Positions 49,759 through 59,493 of a stretch of DNA of 64,000 bases are shown piece after piece (within the stretch, counting starts at the first letter, position 1; each line of letters opens with the position of its first letter). Source of the stretch: Candidatus Binatia bacterium (GTDB lineage Bacteria; Desulfobacterota; Binatia; Bin18); assembly GCA_963666315.2 (NCBI GenBank), contig CAXXHG010000014.1:64001-128000 (forward strand), given 5' to 3'. The notes under the pieces were generated by a model that was given only the letters and a program-made list of their open reading frames with translations, had not been told where the DNA came from and searched no databases. The translations under genes were made by a program, and so were the position numbers.

Positions 49759-50832
49759 CTACCAGCGTGCAATGATCTTTTCGCCAAATTCTGCGACAAA
49801 CTCTTCAAACGCGTCGAAGGTGGGAATAAACGCGACTTGTTTGACGCCGGCGTGCGCTAAGGCGCGTAGCCGTTTCAAGAGCGCTTCGGGCTGGGCGGTC
49901 AGCGTTGTTGCCTGAATCATGTCCGGCGTCACAAATTGTTGTTCTTCCGCCCGGACGTAGAGACAATGACCGTCATGCAGATCAAAATAATAATCGTCTT
50001 TGGCTTGCAAGCGCTGATCCATAAAGGCTTTATATTTGGCAAAGGTTGGTTGTATGGGCACGGGTGCCGCTACGGGATCTTGCACGGTCTCATACAACCA
50101 GTGCAACGCAACCGTCGTCCACGGGCCGGCTTGCGCCTTGACCCGCGCCGAATCCAATCCTTCCCCAGGACGTAACAGGCTGGCCGTCGTAAACAGGACC
50201 GTATGCAGGCTGGCGGGATCTTTCCCGGCTTTCTTCGCGCCTTGACTGACCTGTCGCCATGCCTCTCGCCAACCTGGAACCGTATTGGTGCGTGAGGTCA
50301 GCCAGCCAACGCCCACTTCCCCGGCCAGTGCCATCGCTTTGGGGGCATTGGCTGCAACATAGAGGGGAATCGGATCACGCGTATTTATGAATGCATACTC
50401 TTTATGAAAGAACTGTATCCTGCGCGCCTCCGCCCCCTCTTGGTAGACAACGTCTTGGTTGTCTAACAGGCCGCGTACAATTCGTATATATTCGCGCAGC
50501 TCACGCAGAGAACACGGCGGAAGACCCATTGCACGCCGCGCACTATTGCCCGTCCCAATTCCAAGAATAACCCGTCCTGGGGCCAATTGATTCACCGTAG
50601 CGATAGCATGCGCGGTGACTGGCGCGCTGCGCGTTCCGACAACCGCAACGCCAGTGCCGAGTATGACCCGTGTGGTTTGCTGTGCCATCAAGCCGAGGCA
50701 TAGATACACATCGCCGGCCATCATGGGTGAGTCTTCAACCCACACATGTGTAAACCCACACGTCTCGGCCAGCTTTGCATGTTCGGCACACTTGTCAGGC
50801 TTTGGGAAAATCAGAACACCAAAGTCCATCAC
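49759..50832 (-). CDS. LLM-class flavin-dependent oxidoreductase
   Basis: VWVEDS, LGTGV, GRVILGIGTG, LYVAA. Confidence 0.9.
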   Translation of the reverse strand: MMDFGVLIFPKPDKCAEHAKLAETCGFTHVWVEDSPMMAGDVYLCLGLMAQQTTRVILGTGVAVVGTRSAPVTAHAIATVNQLAPGRVILGIGTGNSARRAMGLPPCSLRELREYIRIVRGLLDNQDVVYQEGAEARRIQFFHKEYAFINTRDPIPLYVAANAPKAMALAGEVGVGWLTSRTNTVPGWREAWRQVSQGAKKAGKDPASLHTVLFTTASLLRPGEGLDSARVKAQAGPWTTVALHWLYETVQDPVAAPVPIQPTFAKYKAFMDQRLQAKDDYYFDLHDGHCLYVRAEEQQFVTPDMIQATTLTAQPEALLKRLRALAHAGVKQVAFIPTFDAFEEFVAEFGEKIIARW

Positions 50833-51069
50833 AGCCGCTCTCTTTTCATTCGCTTCATTTCCTGCGCATGCGTATTGTCCTGCGCATGTCTATTATTTTC
50901 TCTCTCCGGACGCCCCGGAGCCTATTCCGAATTCCCTTACTGTGTCAATCCGAATATGGCCTATGCGCCCGGATTTTTTGGGTTTTTGGCTTTCCTTTAG
51001 CGCTGCAGCTGTGGTAAGCATTGGAAGAAACAATTAACTTTCCGCCACGAGCAGTAAGGAGGGAGTGCT

Positions 51070-51606
51070 ATGTCGCATAAAGGTTTTTCTCATATTGGGC
51101 TGTCCACACTCGATTTGGATAAGACGCGCGATTTCTACGAAAACATCCTCGGCTTTAAACCAGTGCGCTGCGATACCATCAAAGTCAAAGAGGGTGGCCA
51201 AATCCGCCATATCTTCTTCGACACGGGCCGGGATCAGTTGCTCGCCTTTATGGAAGCCAAGGGTATTCCTGGCGTCCCGGTTGAATACGACGCAGGCATC
51301 AACCGTGGCCTAGGGGTGCCAAGCGCATTCTATCGCTTTGCTTTTGAGACAGGCACCGAGGCGGCCTTAGAGGAAAAGCGGAAAGAACTTCAGGACAAAG
51401 GCGTCGAGGTTTCGGAAGTCGTAGATCACGACTGGGCCAAATCGATTTACTTTAAAGATCCAAACGGCATGCAGATGGAATACTGCTGCTTCACTCGTGA
51501 CTTTACAGATGAAGACGCAGTGATGGCCGAACGCTTTGAACTTCCGATCGAGGCACTTGGCTTAGAGGACACCCCGGATATTGTTGCGATAAATTCGCCA
51601 AGCTAA
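51070..51606 (+). CDS. VOC (glyoxalase-like) family protein
   Basis: SHIGL, FYENILG, SIYFKDPNG. Confidence 0.9.
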   Translation: MSHKGFSHIGLSTLDLDKTRDFYENILGFKPVRCDTIKVKEGGQIRHIFFDTGRDQLLAFMEAKGIPGVPVEYDAGINRGLGVPSAFYRFAFETGTEAALEEKRKELQDKGVEVSEVVDHDWAKSIYFKDPNGMQMEYCCFTRDFTDEDAVMAERFELPIEALGLEDTPDIVAINSPS

Positions 51607-51619
51607 TACCAAAAAATAC

Positions 51620-51650
51620 GGGGCGTATCGTTATGCGGTACGCCCCTTTT
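51620..51650. terminator. hairpin between convergent genes (terminator or REP-like)
   Basis: GGGGCGTATCG-TTATG-CGGTACGCCCC, T-run after and A-run before. Confidence 0.6.
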
Positions 51651-51681
51651 CCCTTTCCCTGGTTTCCAGCAAAACTTCGGG

Positions 51682-53124
51682 CTAGCTTTCTCCCTGCGCC
51701 TCTTCTAAAAGACGGCCGACCATCGCCTTATAGTCCTTCACTGCGGGTGAGTGGTAAAAGCGCGACCGCGTAAAAAGTGGATCACCGGAGTAGAACCACT
51801 CGTACTGTAACTGGCGGCTGCCGAACTGCTCCCCGAGCATGTCCCAAGCGAGCTTAAAAAGCTGAACTCGGTTCCGGGCGGGAAGATTTTTTCCTTGCAG
51901 ATAGCGTTCCAGATAGGGCGCTATCTCCGGGTTCTGAAAATCTCCCTCAGTCGGCGTCATAATAAGACCGCTGCCGCTGACCTGACGAATCACGTCAGCA
52001 GCGCGCACTTGGGCCTGTGGAATAAAGACCCAGAGTGCAGCAGCCAGCGAACGAAGCGAGCCCCCGTCCCGCCGATTGGTCACCACATCTTGAGCGGAAG
52101 CACGCAGCAGGCCGTTGGCAATTTCGGCATTCGCCACCAGCTCGCCGAGTTGGGCTTGAACGTGAGGCGCTTTCGTGCGGCCAATGGCTTCAGCAACCGA
52201 ACATGCCAGACCGGCCATAAAACGCAGCTTTACGGTTCCGCGAATAACCGCCTGCAGCAGTGCGTATCCAGGCGCACGTCCCAGAATGTAGTTCGACGCC
52301 TCGATATCACCGTTGATGAAAACACGTTCCCACGGAACCTCAACATTATCGAAGATCGCGAGTGCGTCTTCTTCGTCAAACCGAAACGAGAGGGGTCGGT
52401 CAAAAGCATTCCGGCCCGTGTTATACGCCTCCCGACAGATAAACTTCAGCCCTGGCGTATCCATGCGAACCGCAAAGCACAGTGTATAGGCTTCCTCTCC
52501 TGGCTTGCGAGGATAAAACGGTCCTACCCATAATTCATTAGAAAAGGGCGCTAATGTAGACAGCATGCGTGCGCCGCTGACCAGAATGCCGGAGTCCGTC
52601 TCCCGCACGACATGCAGGGCAGCCTCAGGGTCGGTTTGCTCAGCCGGCCCTTTTGAACGATCGATCTGCGGATCGACTAGGGTATGGGTCAAACACCAGT
52701 CGTTATCCCGACACTCTTCATAATAACGCAGGGCATTCTCCCCAAAACGCGGCTCACGCTGGCCGATAAACGGCGCGGCAATCGCAGCGTCCGTGACCAG
52801 CGCGTTCATAAAATCCGGCATGCGCCCCATCAAGCCATACGTGGTCTCCGCACGGAATTCCTCTGCTCGGACGCGGCGTTCAACATCTTCGACCGTTTCA
52901 GCCATCAGGAACGACAGCCCCACCGGCTGGCCGTCGTTTGGTGATGGATAGGTCAACATCGACTGGTGGGTCGCGTGTTGGAGGTCGTACAGAGATGCCA
53001 GGGTATCGATGACACCTTGGAACGGCGGGTAGGTCGTGACATCTTTGACACGCTCGCCGTTGACGTACACACTGCGCCCGTCCCTGAGGCTTGCACGATA
53101 TTCTGCGCCCGTCCGAATGCCCAT
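51682..53124 (-). CDS. 4-hydroxyphenylacetate 3-monooxygenase oxygenase component-like
   Basis: RTGAEYRASLRDGR, GRMPDF, DPQIDR, RFDEEDA, FGSRQLQYE (HpaB family). Confidence 0.9.
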   Translation of the reverse strand: MGIRTGAEYRASLRDGRSVYVNGERVKDVTTYPPFQGVIDTLASLYDLQHATHQSMLTYPSPNDGQPVGLSFLMAETVEDVERRVRAEEFRAETTYGLMGRMPDFMNALVTDAAIAAPFIGQREPRFGENALRYYEECRDNDWCLTHTLVDPQIDRSKGPAEQTDPEAALHVVRETDSGILVSGARMLSTLAPFSNELWVGPFYPRKPGEEAYTLCFAVRMDTPGLKFICREAYNTGRNAFDRPLSFRFDEEDALAIFDNVEVPWERVFINGDIEASNYILGRAPGYALLQAVIRGTVKLRFMAGLACSVAEAIGRTKAPHVQAQLGELVANAEIANGLLRASAQDVVTNRRDGGSLRSLAAALWVFIPQAQVRAADVIRQVSGSGLIMTPTEGDFQNPEIAPYLERYLQGKNLPARNRVQLFKLAWDMLGEQFGSRQLQYEWFYSGDPLFTRSRFYHSPAVKDYKAMVGRLLEEAQGES

Positions 53125-53148
53125 GAGTGCTCCACGTCGTGATTGATC

Positions 53149-53210
53149 GTAGGGACGACCCTTATGATCGCCCTTATGAAAAGAGGGCAGCCACACAGGG
53201 CTGCCCCTAC
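53149..53210. repeat. GTAG-type REP doublet (REPIN-like)
   Basis: GTAGGGACGACCCTTATGATCGCCC followed by inverted GGGCAGCCACACAGGGCTGCCCCTAC. Confidence 0.75.
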
Positions 53211-53248
53211 AATTCATTTCAGTCCAACCGCTTTTCTTACCGTCTGTT

Positions 53249-53743
53249 TTACTGTCTCAACTGGGCAATCACATCCGCCAGGCCACGGTCGTTCTGAGCG
53301 TATTCCAGCTTATCCATACCCAGATAAGCATTCGGCATACCAGCGTATTCTTCAATAGGATTGTCACAGTAGACTTCAAGCTCATAGCCATCGGGGTCAC
53401 GGAAATAGACGCTCTTGGTCACGCCGTGATTGACGGTGAAGTTCACCGGTACGTCTTTGGCTTTGAGTTCTTCATAGGCCGCCTGCAGTTCTTCCTCGCT
53501 CCGAAGCCGAAAGGCGATATGTGCCAGCCCAACTTGATTCGGTTTGGGTAACTCCGCGGTCGGGCTAATCTGGAAAAGCGCGATTTCATGGTGGTCTCGG
53601 GCATGATTGGCCAAAAAGACCGCGCCGATCTTGGGCACGTCTTTCATGACCTGCATGCCGAGCACCTCGGTGTAAAATTTCTTCGAGCGTTCAAGGTCAC
53701 GGACCTTAATAACCACATGAGCGATACGTTCGGGACGAATCAT
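53249..53743 (-). CDS. VOC family protein (extradiol dioxygenase-like)
   Basis: IAHVVIKVRDLE, HHEIAL, GLAHIAF, SVYFRDPDG. Confidence 0.88.
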   Translation of the reverse strand: MIRPERIAHVVIKVRDLERSKKFYTEVLGMQVMKDVPKIGAVFLANHARDHHEIALFQISPTAELPKPNQVGLAHIAFRLRSEEELQAAYEELKAKDVPVNFTVNHGVTKSVYFRDPDGYELEVYCDNPIEEYAGMPNAYLGMDKLEYAQNDRGLADVIAQLRQ

Positions 53744-54053
53744 AGCAACCTCCTTTTTTGTGTCGCTTGGGCGCGTCTATTGGGTTTGTTGATTCGACTC
53801 TACACACTTAATCATGCTGTGGAACAAATTGAAACGGATCAAGCCTATTATCCTCCCCTGCTTGGCCAAAGAGTTCAACCTGACCTTATAGGCACCCTAT
53901 TCTCGCGGAAAAGAAAATGAAGAGTAATGCGCTAGCCGCCTCAAGGTTAGGATGGAGCGGATCTTCTCAAGCGCCTCTTCTCTTCACATGTTCGTCTTAA
54001 ATCTTTAACGCAAAACTCCGGATAAGACTCTGAGAAGCTCTTGGAAACCTGGT

Positions 54054-57042
54054 ATGAAAGCGCCCGGACACTTGATAGTGAATTTCTCTCGCTTCAGCAG
54101 CATTATTTTTGTGGTTAGTGCGATTAGTCTAGGACTACTGCTGGCGGTCTTCCTTGTCACCCTCCAAGTTATCGACTTGGCCTCTGCCCTTCTCCTCGGC
54201 GGGCTTGCCGAGCTTGGCATCACACTGAAATGGACCCTTTACGCCCTCCATGCCGCCAACACTAACCTGAAGCAGCAGAGCGATGAGCACAGACGGATCG
54301 ATGAAAAGCTTCGTCTAACCCAGTTCTCCATTGATCGGGCTGCCGTTGCGGCCTTCTGGATTAAACCGGATGCCCAGTTTCTATACGTCAACAACACCGC
54401 GTGTCGCGCTCTGGGCTATACTTATGATGAACTCCGGCTCATGACTGTCCCGGAGATCGATGTCAGTTTTCCAGCCGAGCAATGGGAAGAGCATTGGTCG
54501 GCGCATTGGGAGACGCTCAAGCAAAAGCGATCTTTGACCATTGAGTCACGCCATCGCCGGAAAGGCGGAAGCATCTTCCCGGTAGAAGTTGTAATCAACT
54601 ACTTACAGTTCCAAGGTCAGGAATTTAACGTGGCTTTCGTGCATGACATTACCGAGCGCAAGCAAGCTGAGGAAGCGCTGCGCGAGGGCGGGAAACGCTA
54701 TCGAGACCTTTTTGAAAATGCCAATGACACCCTCATGATTGCAACTCTGGATGGCATAATCGCTAGTGTCAATCGGGGATTTCAAGCCATGACCGGCTGG
54801 TCACGAGAAGAAGTCATCGGACAACATCACCGCAAGGTGGGCACTCCAGCCTCTATCGCCTTAGTCTCAGACCTCCTCCGCCGTTCGCTGGCTGGTGAAG
54901 AAAATACCACCAGCGTTTGAGGCCGAGTTCCTGTGCAAGGACGGCAGAACCATACCGATTGAGGGCCGAACGCGATTCATTCGCGACCAAGAGGGGCGGC
55001 CCATCGCGACGCAGGCGATCTACCGCAATATTACCGAACGCAAGCGGGCTGAGGAGCAGCTCCGCTTGACTCAGTTCTCCATTGACCATGCGGCTATCTC
55101 CATCTGCTGGCTGGGGGCCGGACGGGCGCTTTCTGTAGGTTAATGATGCCGCATGCCGGGCTCTAGGCTATTACGCGCGACGAACTCCTTTCTCTTGCCC
55201 GTCTATGACTTAGATCCGAATTATCCAGCCGAACGCTGGGTAGCACTCCCGGATTGCGATCAAGCAGGGAGGGTTCATTAGCCAGCGAGTCGAGACATCG
55301 CCGGAAAGACGGCAGCATCTTCCCGGTGGAAGTTGCGATCAGCTACTTAGAGTTCCAAGGCCAAGAGTTTTATGTTGCTTTCACTTCTGACATCACTCAA
55401 CGTAAACAAGCGGAGACAGAACTACGGGAAAGCGAGGAGTGCTCTCGAATCATCAGTGAGGCAATTTCCGACTACGCCTTCTGCCTGCGCATAAAAGAGG
55501 ATGGAACGGTGCAATCCGGGTGGTTCACTAACTCATTTACCCGTATGACCGGGTATCCTGCTGAGGATATGGCCCGGCTCCCCACGCCATCCTAGGTCCG
55601 TCCAGACCATCGGGAACAGCTGCAGGAACAATTCCAAAAGATGCGAGCTGGTGAGTCGACAACCACAGAGTTTCGTATCGTGACGAAGTGGGGAGAGGAA
55701 CGCTGGATGCGCTCATACTCGCGGCCAGTACAAGATGAGGCGGGACAGGTACGACGCATTCATGGGTGCCTCGCTGGATATTACCGACCGCAAGCAATCG
55801 AAGATGGCGCTACGGGAAAGTGAAGAGCGCTGGCACCTGGCTTTGCGAGGTTCGAACGACCGGCATTTGGAACTGGAATGTCCTCACCGATGAAATTTTC
55901 TTTTCAGGCCGCTGGAAAGAGATGCTGGGCTATGCCGAGCATGAGCTGGACAATCGACTCGAGGAGTGGAGTAAGCGGCTGCACCCGGATGATACAGAGA
56001 GAGTTCAGCAAGCCATCGATAAATCATTTTGCAGGCAAGACGCGCTTCTACAGCGTTGAGCAACGGATGCGTTGTCAAGATGGAAGCTACAAATGGATTC
56101 TTGCCCGTGGACAGGCCGCTCCGGGATAAACAGGGCACTATTATCCGGATAACTGGCTCCCATACCGACATCACCGACCGCAAGCAAGCCGAGGACGCAC
56201 TCCAACAAGCACACCACGAGTTGGAAAGACGGGTCGAAGAACGAACGGCCGAGCTGGCAGGCGCCAAGGAGGCGGATAACCAGGCTAAAAGCGCCTTCTT
56301 AGCCAATATGTCCCACGAGCTGCGCCACCCCCCTGCATGGCATCCTCAGCTTCGCGAGCGTTGGTCTCAAAAAAGCCACCACCGCCCCCCCCCAGACAAG
56401 CTCCTGGGCTACTTTGGGCATATCGACACTAGTGGCCGCCTCCTCCTCGCCTTGCTCAATGACTTGCTCGATCTGGCCAAACTAGAGTCCGGCAAGATAG
56501 CCTTTGACTTGTCAGCCGACCGATCTCAACCCCTTGCTGGCCGCCATCGCCGATGAGTTTTACTCCCTGCTCTCCGAACGCCAGCTCCAGGTGACATGCC
56601 ACACCCTCCCCGAGCCGGCGGAGGTCAGTCTCGATACCCCCCAAATGCTCCAGGTCCTGCGCAATCTGTTGGCAATGCCGTCAAGTTCTCCCCACCCCAC
56701 GGGCTTATTGAGCTGGGGGTAGAACACCGCCCGCAGGGCGTCGTGGTGACGGTCAGCGACCAGGACGTAGGAATTCCGGCCGGGGAAGAAGGAGCGATTT
56801 TCGACAAGTTTATTCAATCGAGTAAGACCAAGACCGGCGCAGGCGGGACGGGCTTAGGCTTATCGATCTGCCGCGAGATTATCGCCGCCCACCAGGGCCG
56901 GATTTGGGCGAGAACCGACCGGGGGCGGCGCCGTCTTCTGTGTCGAACTCCCGCGCCACCACCACCACCGCCGCGCGACAGACAGACCCCAACCAGATTC
57001 CCGGCAGGAAGAAGCCGCCTGACTCCCTCCTTTTCCGCCTAG
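54054..57042 (+). pseudogene. multi-PAS membrane sensor histidine kinase, multiply frameshifted
   Basis: TMs, repeated PAS/PAC (DITERKQAE), H-box ANMSHELR, NAVKFS and GGTGLGLSIC scattered across frames. Confidence 0.85.
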
Positions 57043-57377
57043 TGGTCGTACGAGTCATGAGACGAAATAAACCGCTTAATATCGTAGCCATCAACCACAC
57101 TCGGTTGTCCGAATTGCTCCACAGCTGGTGCCACTTCAGCCAAGGACAAGGTCAGGTGGAACAGCCGTTTGGCGTTCTCGGGAAGTTCGTCCAAGGAGAA
57201 CTTTTCTAAATACGGCAACACTTCTTCCATCCGCGCCAGCATGGCATCATAAAACGCCTGAATATCTTCCATTGTGCTGGCTTGACGTTTGTCGCTACGC
57301 TCTGTTTCGGTCGCCAGCGACCAATCCCTCCATTTCTCAAGGTCCTTAAATTTTTTCGGTAACGCTGCCTTAGGCAT
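57039..57377 (-). CDS. small hypothetical protein coupled to the Rieske oxygenase gene
   Basis: ATG 57377 overlaps the Rieske stop region, with AGGAGG; WSLATETER...FYDAM...SLAEVA. Confidence 0.75.
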   Translation of the reverse strand: MPKAALPKKFKDLEKWRDWSLATETERSDKRQASTMEDIQAFYDAMLARMEEVLPYLEKFSLDELPENAKRLFHLTLSLAEVAPAVEQFGQPSVVDGYDIKRFISSHDSYDH

Positions 57378-58671
57378 GGGCAGCCTCCTGTCCACTCGTG
57401 GCAAACGCCGTATCAACGGGTTGACCCTTGAGCATCTGGTTGATGACATGGTGGCTATGCCGCACCAGGATTTCCTCATCGTGCAGGTAGAATTCTTTTT
57501 TGGCGCCTGAAGAGAGGACAGATTGCGACTCTTCCAACGTCCGACCGTCCTCCAAAATAACATCGCGGAAAATCACGTTGCCGTATTCCTGACTAAAGCG
57601 CTGGCCGGGAGTTTTCGCCTTGGGGAAATACTGGGTCGATGTCCATATGGTCTTATCTACAGCAATAGGAATAAACTGATGGGTAAAATACGACCCCTGA
57701 GAAACATCAACAAAGAAGGCTGGGAAAATCACATTTAGATCTAACGACCATATCTCGCTGCGGAGCGGATTGACTCCTGCAGGCAGACTGTCCGATGAGA
57801 AGTCGCTCCGCATAAGGATGGCACCATTCTGGGCGGCCAACGTTGCCACCGGACTCGGTTTGTAGGCCGGATTGCCAAACAACGAGGCGCGACCGTGGCG
57901 AGGGAAGAGCTTGACGTCTAGGACATGGGAGTATGGATTCTCTGTGCTGGTGAAAGAATCCGGGATAGAACGTTTGTGTAAAGAGGCGACATGGTACACC
58001 TCTTGGAAAGCGTCTTTGACGACCTTCCAGTTGGCATTGACCTCAGTCGACCACGACGTACTGGTGGCTGACAGCTCTCCAAACGGATAGCCCGCCAGCT
58101 CAGCAGCCAAGTCTCCCAAGTATTCCTGGAGGGTTTCTTGAGGATCGGGATCAACATTGATGAAGATAAAACCTTCCCACACATCCACCGCCACCGGCGT
58201 CATACCTAGGCTCTCTTTCTTCAGATCAAAGAAACTCTCTTCATCCGGCACAAACTTGAGCTTACCGTCCAGCCCATAGCTCCAGCCGTGAAACTTACAC
58301 GTAAAGTTCTGGCACCTGCCGCCTTTGTCCCAGGCGATCTTATTGCCCCGGTGCGAGCATATATTATGGAAGGCATTCACTACGCCGTCTGTGCCGCGCA
58401 CGACAATGACCGAAGTGTTACACACTCCCAGGTCTTGGACGAAGTAGTCACCCGCATTCGGAAGCCGTTCCACCCGACCCACATTCAGCCACACCTTCTT
58501 AAAGATCCGTTCGCGCTCTAAGGCGAATTGCTCTTCTGAAATAAAGACATCAGCCGGGACAGGCCCTGTACCTAAGTGGGGATATTTATTGTGCCATTTG
58601 GAGCCACTGGCCGAGCCATTACCGTTCGCCGCAACCCCATTTGTTGTTACACCGTTTGTTGTCGCACTCAT
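57370..58671 (-). CDS. Rieske non-heme iron oxygenase alpha subunit
   Basis: CSH...CKFHGW; NWK..KDAFQEVYHVASLH. Confidence 0.93.
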   Translation of the reverse strand: MSATTNGVTTNGVAANGNGSASGSKWHNKYPHLGTGPVPADVFISEEQFALERERIFKKVWLNVGRVERLPNAGDYFVQDLGVCNTSVIVVRGTDGVVNAFHNICSHRGNKIAWDKGGRCQNFTCKFHGWSYGLDGKLKFVPDEESFFDLKKESLGMTPVAVDVWEGFIFINVDPDPQETLQEYLGDLAAELAGYPFGELSATSTSWSTEVNANWKVVKDAFQEVYHVASLHKRSIPDSFTSTENPYSHVLDVKLFPRHGRASLFGNPAYKPSPVATLAAQNGAILMRSDFSSDSLPAGVNPLRSEIWSLDLNVIFPAFFVDVSQGSYFTHQFIPIAVDKTIWTSTQYFPKAKTPGQRFSQEYGNVIFRDVILEDGRTLEESQSVLSSGAKKEFYLHDEEILVRHSHHVINQMLKGQPVDTAFATSGQEAAHA

Positions 58672-59363
58672 TGTACTTCCTCCTTGTGTTGGTCATCGTA
58701 TTCCGTGGTCCAATTCTGTGTTCGACTGTCCAACTGCCCCTCAAGTTTGTGCAAGCGACCCAGCAAGCGCTCACGCCCTGAGTCCGTTGCCACAGCAAGC
58801 AGGCACAGACTTAACCCATACAGCAGTTGTGTTTCAAATCCTTCGATATCGACTCCGCCTTCGATCCAGAGTTCCATCGCCCCCCGGTAATTGACCTGAA
58901 TCTGTAAGGCCACAAGATCGGGGCGCGTATGGGGCTGAAACAATCCTTGTGCGATGCCGGCATCTAATCCTCGCTGCCACAGCGTTGTACAACGCTGGAC
59001 AATGCGTGGAACTGGCAACAATTCTCCGGTTGTCACCATTGAAGAGAGCAGACTGCGATAAAAGACCGGGGCGCGCACATACTCTTTTACGGAGAACTGC
59101 GTCAGCACGTACATCGCATCAATCGGATCCTGCTGATCGAGCTCGTCAGCAGCAGTATCCAGCGTATCAAAGAAGGACTCGAGCAAGGCGTATAGGACAT
59201 CGGCCTTAGAACCAAACAGGTTATAAGGCGTGACTAAGCTGACCTGAGCCTCGCGCGCCAGCTCGCGCATGGACATACGCGTATAACCTTCTGTGCGGAT
59301 CAAACGCCGTGCCGCACTCAGAATGCGTTGTTTTCGCTCGGTCTTTTGTATCTCACGAAGCAT
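58668..59363 (-). CDS. TetR/AcrR family regulator
   Basis: RILSAA...SMRELAREAQVSLVTPYNLFGSK. Confidence 0.9.
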   Translation of the reverse strand: MLREIQKTERKQRILSAARRLIRTEGYTRMSMRELAREAQVSLVTPYNLFGSKADVLYALLESFFDTLDTAADELDQQDPIDAMYVLTQFSVKEYVRAPVFYRSLLSSMVTTGELLPVPRIVQRCTTLWQRGLDAGIAQGLFQPHTRPDLVALQIQVNYRGAMELWIEGGVDIEGFETQLLYGLSLCLLAVATDSGRERLLGRLHKLEGQLDSRTQNWTTEYDDQHKEEVQ

Positions 59364-59405
59364 AACGAGTTTTAAATTTAAAACACGTTATAGTTTTTGT
59401 GTCAA
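59362..59405 (-). promoter_or_regulatory. 30-bp palindromic operator plus TTGACA upstream of tetR
   Basis: ATAACGAGTTTTAAATTTAAAACACGTTAT (14/15 pairs) at 59362-59391; minus-strand TTGACA at 59405-59400. Confidence 0.75.
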
Positions 59406-59493
59406 GGAAAATCCTTTGCCGCGAACTTCACCAACCTGATTTTACTGCGTGAGTTCTGCCCTGTCCGGCTCTGCCTATATAGAGTTTGAAGAA

